A stretch of 64,000 bases of DNA. Origin: Candidatus Culexmicrobium cathedralense. Its GTDB lineage: Archaea; Thermoproteota; Methanomethylicia; Culexarchaeales; Culexmicrobiaceae. The stretch covers positions 32,001-96,000 of the forward strand of contig JANZKC010000002.1 in the NCBI GenBank assembly GCA_025061115.1, read 5' to 3'. Below the pieces are notes generated by a model that did not search any database, was not told where the DNA came from, and was given only the letters and a program-made list of their open reading frames with translations. Numbering within the stretch: position 1 is the stretch's first letter; every line of letters begins with the position of its first letter. This document shows, piece after piece, positions 9,300-18,802 of the stretch. A program made the translations under genes and the position numbers.

Positions 9300-10952
9300 A
9301 TGTCCTCATGCGAAATGAAACCAATTATTGAAATAGCTAAAATGCTTGGATTAAGCGAAGACGACATAGAGCTCTACGGCAAGTATAAAGCCAAGATCAA
9401 ACTTGAGGTTTATGAGCGATTAAAGAACAAGCCAGACGGGAAACTCATAGTAGTAACAGCAATAACGCCAACCAAAGCAGGCGAAGGAAAAACAACTGTA
9501 GCAATAGGACTTGGAGAAGCGCTTGGAAAGCTAGGTAAAAAGAATATAGTAGTACTGAGGCAGCCATCACTTGGACCAATTTTTGGAATAAAGGGAAGCG
9601 CATGTGGAGGTGGACGCGCCCAAGTAGTTCCAATGGAAGACATCAGCCTACACTTCACAGGAGACTTGCATGCAATCACAGTTGCGCACGACCTATTAGC
9701 TGCAATGCTAGATAACCACATTTACAGAGGCAATGAACTAAACATCGACATACACAACATCCTACTAAAGAGAGTACTAGATGTCGAAGATAGGCCGCTT
9801 AGACATATAGTTATAGGACTTGGAGGAAAGTTGGGCGGAATACCCAGAGAAAGCGGCTTCGAAATAACCGCAGCATCAGAGGTAGCTGCAATACACGCAC
9901 TTGCAGTCAATTTGAAAGACCTAAAAGAAAGGCTGGCCAGAATGACGATAGCATATACAAAAGATGGAAAGCCAATAACCCCAGCAGACATTAAAGCCCA
10001 CGGAGCAATGACTGCACTCTTAAAAGACACACTAAAGCCAAATCTAGTTCAAACCTTGGAGAATACGCCTGCAATAGTTCACGGAGCACCATTCGCGAAC
10101 ATAGCTCACGGCTGCCCCAGCTTAATCGGAATAAAGATGGCGTTAAAGCTCGCAGACTACGTGATTGTAGAGCCAGGATTCGGAGCAGACTTAGGCTTAG
10201 AAAAGTTCTGCGATATAGCTTGCAGAATCGGCAATTTGAAGCCAGATGTAGCAGTCATAGTTACATCAATACGAGCTCTCAAAGTTCATGGAGGAGTTAA
10301 ATTTAAAGAAGTAGACAAGCCTAATGTTGAAGCAGTCCGAAAAGGACTTGAAAACCTCGAGAAGCAAGTTGAAAATGCAAGGAAATTCGGACTGCCAGCA
10401 GTAGTTGCGATTAATAGATTCCCAAGCGACACGGATGAAGAGGTAGATTGCGTCAAAAAGTGGTGTGAAGAAAAGAAAATACCAGTAGCAGTAGTTGAAG
10501 TATTCCAGAAAGGCGGGGAAGGAGGAATAAAATTAGCTGAAAAAGTACTCGAATTACTTGAAAAAGAAAAGGCAAACTTCAAATTCCTCTACGACCTAGA
10601 CATGCCGATTGAAGAAAAAATCAAGACAATTGCAAGAGAAATGTATGGAGCTGACGATGTCGAATTCACACCCGAAGCCAAGAAGGCAATAAGAAAGATA
10701 AAGAAACTTGGATTCGACAAACTACCAATAAACATGGCCAAAACACCGCTCTCATTAACCGATAACCCAAAGAAGGTTGGAAGGCCAAAAGGATTCAAAA
10801 TTAAAATTACGGATATAAGGCCATTCACTGGCGCAGGATTCCTCGTAGCATACTGCGGAGAGATTAACACGCTGCCAGCACTGCCGTCAAAGCCAGCAGC
10901 AGAGGAAATCGACGTTGATGTTGAAACCGGAAGGATAATTGGACTTAGATAG
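9300..10952 (+). CDS. fhs: Formate-tetrahydrofolate ligase
   Basis: TAITPTKAGEGKTT, LRQPSLGP, LHFTGDLHA, PNLVQTLE, PFANIAHG, GFGADLGLEKF. Confidence 0.97.
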   Translation: MSSCEMKPIIEIAKMLGLSEDDIELYGKYKAKIKLEVYERLKNKPDGKLIVVTAITPTKAGEGKTTVAIGLGEALGKLGKKNIVVLRQPSLGPIFGIKGSACGGGRAQVVPMEDISLHFTGDLHAITVAHDLLAAMLDNHIYRGNELNIDIHNILLKRVLDVEDRPLRHIVIGLGGKLGGIPRESGFEITAASEVAAIHALAVNLKDLKERLARMTIAYTKDGKPITPADIKAHGAMTALLKDTLKPNLVQTLENTPAIVHGAPFANIAHGCPSLIGIKMALKLADYVIVEPGFGADLGLEKFCDIACRIGNLKPDVAVIVTSIRALKVHGGVKFKEVDKPNVEAVRKGLENLEKQVENARKFGLPAVVAINRFPSDTDEEVDCVKKWCEEKKIPVAVVEVFQKGGEGGIKLAEKVLELLEKEKANFKFLYDLDMPIEEKIKTIAREMYGADDVEFTPEAKKAIRKIKKLGFDKLPINMAKTPLSLTDNPKKVGRPKGFKIKITDIRPFTGAGFLVAYCGEINTLPALPSKPAAEEIDVDVETGRIIGLR

Positions 10953-10962
10953 GTGCAAGGAT

Positions 10963-11811
10963 ATGGCAAGAATACTCGACGGAAAAGCTCTTTCCAATAA
11001 AATACTAAATAACTTGGCCGTTGAAGTTGAAAGGTTGAAGAGGGAAGGAGTAATTCCGAAAATTGCACTCGTACTAGTAGGCGAAGACCCATCATCAAAA
11101 ACCTATGTGAAGTTGAAGGCTAGGAGAGCCAAAAAAATTGGAGCTCAATCCGAGGTCCACAATTTACCTGAAAGCATCGGTGAAGAGCAGCTCATAAAAC
11201 TCATTGATAAACTAAGTAGAGATGAAAGCATCCATGGAATAGTCATTCAAATGCCACTTCCAAGCCACATCAACGAAAGGAACGTCATAAATGCACTAGA
11301 CCCTAAAAAGGATGTAGATGGCTTACACCCATTAAACCTCGGAAAACTATTGCTGGGGGAAGAATGCCTAGCCTCACCAGCAGCAGAAGGAATAATTGCA
11401 CTACTAGAAGAATACGATGTCCCGATTAAAGATCAAGAGGCAGTAATATTGGGTGCCACCGAGCTAACGGGCAAGCCGCTAGCAGCAATGCTAATAAATA
11501 AAGGAGCAGATGTGACAATCTGCCATTCAACATCAACTAGAATTGAAGATTACACCAAAAGGGCAGATATAATAGTTGCTGACATCGCTAAGCCTAAAGC
11601 AATCCACGGCTCAATGATTAAAAGAGGAGCAGCAGTCATAGATTGCGGATTCAACTACATTGAAAATAAGCTGGTAGGCGATGTGGACTTCGAATCAGCC
11701 GTGCAAGTTGCTTCAGCAATCACTCCAGTTCCCGGCGGCGTCGGCCCAATGATCATAGCAATGCTGCTATCTAACCTAATTAAAGCAGTAAAAGCATATT
11801 TTCTTACGTAA
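10963..11811 (+). CDS. folD: FolD-family methenyl-THF cyclohydrolase / methylene-THF dehydrogenase with a divergent dinucleotide-binding site
   Basis: YVKLK (YxxxK), QMPLP, KDVDG, GDVD, TPVPGGVGPM; directly downstream of fhs. Confidence 0.92.
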   Translation: MARILDGKALSNKILNNLAVEVERLKREGVIPKIALVLVGEDPSSKTYVKLKARRAKKIGAQSEVHNLPESIGEEQLIKLIDKLSRDESIHGIVIQMPLPSHINERNVINALDPKKDVDGLHPLNLGKLLLGEECLASPAAEGIIALLEEYDVPIKDQEAVILGATELTGKPLAAMLINKGADVTICHSTSTRIEDYTKRADIIVADIAKPKAIHGSMIKRGAAVIDCGFNYIENKLVGDVDFESAVQVASAITPVPGGVGPMIIAMLLSNLIKAVKAYFLT

Positions 11812-11832
11812 ATAACAATCAGCCAAGAAAAC

Positions 11833-12198
11833 ATGAAGTACGTGAGACTGAGAGATGCAATTAAGGACTTCCTGAAAGATAATCAAATTGAAATTCAAGA
11901 CATCCTGGACGCAATGGACGAAAGCAAAGAAAACGCTGAAAAAGCATTGCTACGCAGAACAAACTTAAGTAAAAAAGAGGTAAGAGCTCTCGTAAATTCA
12001 ATATCAAGTAAAAAAATAAACCTCCTTCTTTTTGCACTACAAACATTTTACATTTCAAATCCAAGCGGAATGTATAAAGGTCGAATATTAATCCCCTTAA
12101 GAAATGAAGTTATTATCCACGGAAAAGCTTCCAAACGAGGATTAAGACTACTAATGCATGAATTGCGAATTACAGCCGATTGGGCTAAAACAATTTAA
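11833..12198 (+). CDS. Hypothetical protein, 121 aa
   Basis: Same strand as folD, 21 nt downstream; normal composition; no motif recognised. Confidence 0.65.
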   Translation: MKYVRLRDAIKDFLKDNQIEIQDILDAMDESKENAEKALLRRTNLSKKEVRALVNSISSKKINLLLFALQTFYISNPSGMYKGRILIPLRNEVIIHGKASKRGLRLLMHELRITADWAKTI

Positions 12199-12212
12199 TG
12201 AAAAATTTTCAT
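12198..12212. promoter_or_regulatory. Lrp/AsnC (FL11-type) operator palindrome ATGAAAAATTTTCAT upstream of glnA-lrp; weaker copy at 12282-12296
   Basis: Palindrome seen directly; matches my recollection of the Pyrococcus FL11 consensus; an Lrp gene follows glnA. Confidence 0.6.
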
Positions 12213-12335
12213 AAAAGCTCAGCATACAGATGGAAGCCCCATCACAGTTGCTGAAAAAATTGACCAGCTAATCAAAAAATTATGAAAAAATTTTATAGAA
12301 AAATATAAATTTATAAAAAATATTCAATAATAAAC

Positions 12336-13679
12336 ATGATTGCAAGTAAAACTTACGACGTAGAAAGCGCAATTAAGAAGCTTGAGCAGGAAGACGTGAA
12401 GTACCTCAGACTCATAATAGTTGATATACACGGAGTGCCAAAAAGCTTAATCATCAAAAAGGACGATTTCGAAGATGCATTAACCTATGGAGTTGGCTTT
12501 GACGGATCATCGATTCAAGGGTATGCCCAAATTGAAAACAGCGATTTAATTGCAATTCCTGATCCATCGACTTTAACATTAGCGTATTGGGAAGAAGGGA
12601 AAACAGCCGCAGCCATATGCGACGTATATACTCCGGAATACAAGCAATTCCAAGGAGACCCTAGATTTATATTGAAGAGAATTGTTGAGCAAACTTCATC
12701 AAGAAACTTGAAAGTTAAAGTTGGAATCGAACTTGAATACTTCATTGTAAATAAAAGCGTTGAAAGCGAAATTAAGCCTCAAGACTCTGGACAGTGCTTC
12801 GACACTGTGCCAATGGACTATGGAGATGATCTAAAGAAGAGGTTGGGAGAAATCATATGCAGAGTAGGATCTTCATTTGAGAAAATGCATCACGAAGTAG
12901 CCCCAGGACAACATGAACTGTCCATTTCAGCTACAGATCCAGTTAGGCTAGCAGACATAATGATAATATCAAAGCTAGCTGTAAAATCGATAGCTAGGAA
13001 AGTAGGATTCACGGCTACATTCATGCCTAAGCCATTCTTCGGAGTAAATGGCAGCGGCGCCCATGTCCACGTAAGCTTGCAAAGCAAAGAAGGGAAAAAC
13101 CTATTCTATGATAAAGCGAGTAATGGGCTTTCGCAATTAGCCATCCAATTCACTGGAGGAATCCTATCTCACGCAAAAGGCTTATCATTATTAGTTGCGC
13201 CTCTAGTAAATTCATATAAGCGCCTAGCTCCAGGATATGAGGCCCCAGTATACATATGCTGGGGATATAGCAATCGCTCCACGCTCATCAGGATACCTAG
13301 ACCAATAAGGGAAAAAACTTGTAGAATCGAGTATAGACATCCAGACCCATCATTCAACCCATACTTGGGGTTGGCAGCCATAATAGCTTCAGGATTAGAT
13401 GGTATAGACAGAAAGTTAAATCCTGGAGAGCCATGCCAATTAAACGTCTATCACGCCGAAAACAACTTTGAAAGACTACCTGAAAACCTCCATGAAGCAA
13501 TCATAGCATTTGAAAACGACAAAACAGTTAAAAGAGCAATCGGAAAGCATGCTTCAAGCAAAATTGTCGAATTAAAGATAAAGGAGTGGAATTCATATAT
13601 AGAGTCTGAAGGAGACTGGAATTCAACTAAAAACAAAATTACCGCATGGGAAATTCAGAAATATTTGGAGAGAGTCTAG
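12336..13679 (+). CDS. glnA: Glutamine synthetase type I
   Basis: FDGSSI, ELEYF, HHEVAPGQHE, NGSGAHVH, NSYKRLAPGYEAP, NRSTLIRIP, RIEYRHPD. Confidence 0.93.
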   Translation: MIASKTYDVESAIKKLEQEDVKYLRLIIVDIHGVPKSLIIKKDDFEDALTYGVGFDGSSIQGYAQIENSDLIAIPDPSTLTLAYWEEGKTAAAICDVYTPEYKQFQGDPRFILKRIVEQTSSRNLKVKVGIELEYFIVNKSVESEIKPQDSGQCFDTVPMDYGDDLKKRLGEIICRVGSSFEKMHHEVAPGQHELSISATDPVRLADIMIISKLAVKSIARKVGFTATFMPKPFFGVNGSGAHVHVSLQSKEGKNLFYDKASNGLSQLAIQFTGGILSHAKGLSLLVAPLVNSYKRLAPGYEAPVYICWGYSNRSTLIRIPRPIREKTCRIEYRHPDPSFNPYLGLAAIIASGLDGIDRKLNPGEPCQLNVYHAENNFERLPENLHEAIIAFENDKTVKRAIGKHASSKIVELKIKEWNSYIESEGDWNSTKNKITAWEIQKYLERV

Positions 13680-13681
13680 CG

Positions 13682-14131
13682 TTGAAAAGTGTTGAGCTCG
13701 ACGAAATAGATATCAAAATCATTAAAGAACTGCAGAAAAATGCAAAGCAAACCTACAGAGAATTATCAGACAAGCTGGGACTAGCAATTGGAACAATATA
13801 CAATAGGATTAAGAAGTTAGAGGAAAATGGAGTAATAAGAAACTTTACAATTAATTTAGACTACTCCAAGCTTGGATACGATTTAACAGCAATAATAATG
13901 ATGCAAGTTGAAGGTCCATACATCATTGAAATAGAAAAGCGACTAGCCAACTACGAAGAGGTAATGAGCGTATATGATATAACTGGAGAATTCGACATCG
14001 CAGTAATTGCAAAATTTGTGGATAGAGAACACCTAAACAAATTCATTAAAGGAATACTCACTATGCCCCACATAAAACGAACAGTAACTAGCATCGCGCT
14101 AAGCGTAGTAAAAGAAAACTTTAAACAATAA
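13682..14131 (+). CDS. Lrp/AsnC family transcriptional regulator
   Basis: LDEID..II..LQ.NA N-terminal HTH and RAM domain VYDITGEFD; TTG 2 nt after the glnA stop. Confidence 0.93.
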   Translation: MKSVELDEIDIKIIKELQKNAKQTYRELSDKLGLAIGTIYNRIKKLEENGVIRNFTINLDYSKLGYDLTAIIMMQVEGPYIIEIEKRLANYEEVMSVYDITGEFDIAVIAKFVDREHLNKFIKGILTMPHIKRTVTSIALSVVKENFKQ

Positions 14132-14826
14132 AGTATTTATTTAAAGATACAACCCTATTAAATCAGCTTATAATGATTGTTTGATAAATGATCTTCTCCA
14201 GCCGGCTTTTAGCTTCCTTCAGCAATTCGCCGCAATTAAAACTGCTGAAGTAATTTCATATCCAACTTACTTATCCTGCACCTTTGCTACTTCAAATTCG
14301 TTCGGTTTTGCGCACTTTATGTCCACATCCATAAGGGTTTCTAATTTAGTGGACATCTCTTCCCCTAAGGAAAAACAATGCAACCAAACAAGATGCTGCA
14401 ATATGAATTGCAGGTACATATAACACGTTTAATTCAGCATCCGTAATAATTCGTTTGCATATTATGGTCGGAAGCCCATTGCATGACGTGCTTGAAGAAG
14501 AGATGACACCGCCACCATATCAAGCGTGCGCAATAAGCCTAAACTCAACGCAAATATAGATTAGGGAAACATAAGCTATATGCTTCATGCGTTGCGGCTA
14601 CTCCATAGGGAGAAGCATGAGCAGGGGTAAGTACGGCATATTTTAGACCTAGTGAAGATAGTTATTGAAGACTGCGCTTAGCAGCTAATTCACATACGGA
14701 TTATATTGAAGAATGTTCTTGGAAAATCGAGTTAAACCTGAATATGATTGGCCAATAAGATCCGATTCAAATAGCTTTGCATGGCAAAAGTTATAACTGA
14801 AATAGAGTAAATATTAGTTAAAAGAG

Positions 14827-16059
14827 GTGCTCATCTTGAAACAGCTTGATAAACCTGCGATTGAAGGAGGAAAGCCCATTAGGAGCAAGCCGATTTCCGC
14901 ATTCCCGAAATTCACTAATGAAGAGATAGAGGCAGTTGTTGAAGTTCTTAAGTCTGGCAAGCTGACGACGCTCGTCGGCGAAGTAACGAGGAAATTTGAG
15001 GAGGAATTCGCGAAATTCCATGGAGTTAAGCACGCCATTGCGGTTTCGAATGGAACCGTAGCCCTTCATGTAGCATTGAGGGCAATTGGAGTTAAACCTG
15101 GAGATGAAGTAATAACTACTCCATTTACCTTTGTGGCTTCAGCATCATCAATACTTCACCAAAATGCAATTCCAATATTCGCCGACATAGACAGGGAAAC
15201 ATTCAACATAGATCCAGCCAGCATAGAGGAGAGAATAAGCAATAAAACCAAGGCGATAATCGCGGTTCACCTGTGCGGTCATCCAGCTGAAATGGATCAA
15301 ATAATGAAGATAGCCGATGACCACGACTTAATGGTAATTGAAGACTGCGCACAGGCAATAGGAGCAGAATACCGAGGAAAAATCGTTGGTGGATTAGGTC
15401 ATGTAAGTGCATTCAGCTTCTATCAAAGTAAAAATATAACGACAGGAGAAGGAGGCATGGTTCTCACAAACGATGATGAAATTGCTGAGAAGGCTAAATT
15501 GATTAGGCATCACGGCGAACCTGAGTGGTATCACTACGTGCTTCTGGGCTACAATTATAGAATGACTGAAATGCAGGCAGCATTAGGATTAGCTCAACTA
15601 AATAGGCTTGAGGAATTGAACAGGAGAAGAATGGAGATAGCAAAAATATACACTGACGAGTTGGAAGATGTTGATGCACTAACACTGCCTACAGCTAAGC
15701 CGCACGTAAAGCACGTCTGGCACATATATAACGTTCTAATTGACTTAAAGAGAGTAAGGAAGACTAGAGATGAAATTGTCAAGGCAATAAAAGCTGAAAA
15801 TGTTTGGGTGGGAATCTGCTATCCAACAGTATTATACCTAGAGCCAATATTCCAAGAAAAAATAGGTCATGGCAACGGCTGCCCATGGAAATGCCCACTG
15901 TATGGAAGAGAAGTAGAATATAAGAAGGGATTATGCCCAAATGCAGAGTGGGTCAGCGAAAGAGTATTCACACTGCCAACCCAGCCAGCGCTAAGCGACG
16001 ATCAAGTCATCGATATCGCGAGAGCAGTGAAAAAGGTAATCAAGTATTATCAGATCTAA
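14827..16059 (+). CDS. DegT/DnrJ/EryC1/StrS family PLP aminotransferase
   Basis: SNGTVALH, IEDCAQA, FSFYQSKNITTGEGG, GYNYRM. Confidence 0.93.
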   Translation: MLILKQLDKPAIEGGKPIRSKPISAFPKFTNEEIEAVVEVLKSGKLTTLVGEVTRKFEEEFAKFHGVKHAIAVSNGTVALHVALRAIGVKPGDEVITTPFTFVASASSILHQNAIPIFADIDRETFNIDPASIEERISNKTKAIIAVHLCGHPAEMDQIMKIADDHDLMVIEDCAQAIGAEYRGKIVGGLGHVSAFSFYQSKNITTGEGGMVLTNDDEIAEKAKLIRHHGEPEWYHYVLLGYNYRMTEMQAALGLAQLNRLEELNRRRMEIAKIYTDELEDVDALTLPTAKPHVKHVWHIYNVLIDLKRVRKTRDEIVKAIKAENVWVGICYPTVLYLEPIFQEKIGHGNGCPWKCPLYGREVEYKKGLCPNAEWVSERVFTLPTQPALSDDQVIDIARAVKKVIKYYQI

Positions 16060-16529
16060 GCACGTCCAGCTTAAATCCAAGAAAGCTCCCAGCAAACATT
16101 CAGGATGAATTTCACGAATTCAAGCTCCAAAGCATGCAAGAAAATGAAAATCATGGCATTAATACGCATCCCCTTTTACTTGACTGCGCAAAGATGCACA
16201 AAATAACTACTAAGAGTGTTTCAAAATGAAACTTACACCAAATCCCCTCCACTTTACCTAAAACTTTGGAAGTCAATTCAAGCCACTGCAAAATTGCGCT
16301 CATCATAAAAACTCTCATCATAAAAACTATTACTCCAGCACGCACCCATATCCAAATATTTACTATAAATAAACTCTAAAATTAGCTGGATACGCGAGTT
16401 TAAAGAAGCTCTAAGTATCATTTATCCGATAATGAGCATGAGAATCCAAGTGCAGCTCTAGAATGAAACAAAATAAGCTTCAGCATCAATTATAAGCTTC
16501 AACCAATCATTCTTTAATGGTGATTTAAA

Positions 16530-17618
16530 CTGAAATCGCACGATCTCGATAGGGTGGACATCCTAATAAAAACAACCCTGGGCATGGAAAAAGTTGCAGC
16601 CACAAGAGTCGAGGAAACAATACCTGAGGTGCAAGTCATACCTAAGCCATATGGATTCATGGGGCTAGTAGCAGTAAAAACAGAGCTCGATAAAAAAGAG
16701 GCGGCGAAAAAGATTGAAAGCAACGTATTGGAGGCAGATAGGGTAATAGTAGTTGAAGAGTGCGTTCCCGCCAATCTAGATGAAATAGCTGAAGCAGCAG
16801 CAAGAATAGCCAAAAAGAGCATTGGAAGCAAAGATACTTTTGCAGTAAGAACAGTTCGAAGAGGCAAGCATGAATTCACGAGCATCGATGTTAACGTCGT
16901 AGCTGGAGCTGCAGTTAAAAAAGCAACTAGAGCACTTGTAGACTTAAAATACCCATCAAAAATCATTAGAATTGAAATTTTGAAGAACCTAGCATTAATA
17001 GCGATTGAAGATGGAGAGAAAGAGCTGAAAAAAATTAGGCCTGGCAAAATCCCAGTTATAGAGTTCTTGAGGAAAATTGCCATAATTCAAATGCCTTACC
17101 TCGGACCGCTAAACGCCATTAGAGCCATTGGAGTTAGAGTAGGAAGGGAAGTTCAAACATTTGAAGTTAGAGAACTAGTCATATCTCCAATAGGAGCAGT
17201 AAAAGCCGAGGAATTAAAGGTATTTATTGAAGGAGTATTTGAGGGAATAAACTCAAGATATGAAATTCAACGAAAAACTTATGGAAGAAAAGTGTGGAGA
17301 GTTCCAGTTTTCATCCAAGATCTACATCAGCTAGTTAGGGAGAGAAGAAGGAGAGAACCAATAATCGTGCTTGAACCGGAAGGAGAACCCCTACCTAAAG
17401 TTAAAGATAACCTCGCCGAGATACTGCTAAGTGAAAAGAAAAGAATTAATGTTCTCATTGGAGCTAGAGAAGGCATTCCACTTGGAATCTATAGATTCGC
17501 CAACCTAGTAGTTGATATATGCCCTGGAATAACAATTTCAACAGATTATGCTGCAGCTTCAGCATTGATAGCATTCTCAACAATAATCGAGGAAAAACTT
17601 CTTGAAAAGAAATCATAA
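16530..17618 (+). CDS. THUMP-domain SPOUT-family RNA methyltransferase
   Basis: THUMP domain (FAVRTVRRGKHEFTSIDVN..AG) plus SPOUT knot (IGAREGIP...D..PG). Probable CTG start at 16530 after GGTGA; alternative GTG 16554. Confidence 0.85.
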   Translation: MKSHDLDRVDILIKTTLGMEKVAATRVEETIPEVQVIPKPYGFMGLVAVKTELDKKEAAKKIESNVLEADRVIVVEECVPANLDEIAEAAARIAKKSIGSKDTFAVRTVRRGKHEFTSIDVNVVAGAAVKKATRALVDLKYPSKIIRIEILKNLALIAIEDGEKELKKIRPGKIPVIEFLRKIAIIQMPYLGPLNAIRAIGVRVGREVQTFEVRELVISPIGAVKAEELKVFIEGVFEGINSRYEIQRKTYGRKVWRVPVFIQDLHQLVRERRRREPIIVLEPEGEPLPKVKDNLAEILLSEKKRINVLIGAREGIPLGIYRFANLVVDICPGITISTDYAAASALIAFSTIIEEKLLEKKS

Positions 17619-17694
17619 AATGCTTTGACCCGAAATGAGTTGATGGACATCCCTACCTAAAAAGACAATGAAGAAGGGTGGTGTAATTATTAAA

Positions 17695-18695
17695 CTAAAA
17701 GCCTGGAGACCTTACTTGCACAACCTCCCTATTAACTAGGTTTGGAGGAACTTCTCCTTTGGCAAATAAAATTAAGTTATCTGCAACCATCATTGCAATC
17801 CTCTCCCTAGCTTCCCTGGAGTCACTGCCAATGCGCGGCGCAACAACATTTGGAAACTTTAGAAGGGGATTATCCCTAGGCGTCGGCTCAACCTCAAATA
17901 CATCCAATGCTGCACCCGCAATCCACTTGTTCCTTAAAGCTTTAATTAGAGCCTTCTCATCAACAATAGCTCCCTTTGAAGTATTTATCAAGTAGACTGT
18001 GGGCTTCATTAATTTAAGCTCCCTCTCGCCTATCAAGTGGTATGAAATTTTATTTAATGGAACATGTAGGGAAACGAAATCCGAGTTACTTAGAAGGTAG
18101 TCCAGATCCACATACTCTGCGCCAAGCTCCTTCTCCAATCCAATCTTCCTCTCAACATCAAAGTACAGGATTTTCATGTTGAAGCACTTAGCCCTCCTAG
18201 CTACTGCTGAGCCAATTCTGCCTAATCCAATTATGCCCAAAACCTTTCCATGAACATCCAATCCCAACATCATTGTTGGATGCCAGCCAGTTTGCGTCTT
18301 CTCCCACGACCCGCTTCTAACGAACCTATCTGCCTCAACAATCCTCCTAGCAACTGCCAAAATTAAAGCCCAAGTCAAGTCAGCTACAGCTTCGGTCAAT
18401 ACGCCAGGAGTGTTAGTTACATATATTCCCCTTCTCGTGCACTCTTCAACGTCGATATTGTCGTAACCCACAGCATACTGGGCAATTATCCTAAGCCTAG
18501 GCGCCTCATCGAGAAGAACTTTATCTATCTTGTCAGTCAACAGAGAGGCAAGTGCATTTACATCCCTAATTTTTCAAGCAATTTGTGCCTTGGCAGAGGC
18601 TGATACTCCCCCCAAACTTCCACTTCATAGTATTCTGAAACTCTATTAATGGCATCTCCAGGAAGCTCCCTAGTTATAAACACTCTCGGCTTCAC
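17695..18695 (-). pseudogene. gyaR: Glyoxylate/hydroxypyruvate reductase (GyaR-like D-2-hydroxyacid dehydrogenase), frameshifted
   Basis: GTG 18695 gives MKPRVFITRELP. One A is missing in the run at 18570-18574 (LLEK/IRDV). Catalytic motifs are also altered: NTSKG for NTxRG, APRIGS for APHIGS. Confidence 0.85.
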
Positions 18696-18802
18696 GGCAA
18701 TCACCAGCAGCAATCAATCATTTCCAACTCATCATGATTTAGCGTCAAAGCTACATTAATATGACTGAAAGTAAATGGTTAATAGAGCATCGAGGTTAAA
18801 TT

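Noticed and set aside
14140-14800. Long spacer with short ORFs (similar ones at 3370-3730, 4600-5170, 16060-16500, 54460-54870)
   Set aside because: Resembles decayed coding sequence with stops in the frames I read; no repeats, RNA gene or assignable family.
18560-18605. BHB intron explaining the gyaR frameshift
   Set aside because: No inserted sequence; a 1-nt deletion in an A-run explains it, and catalytic residues are also mutated.
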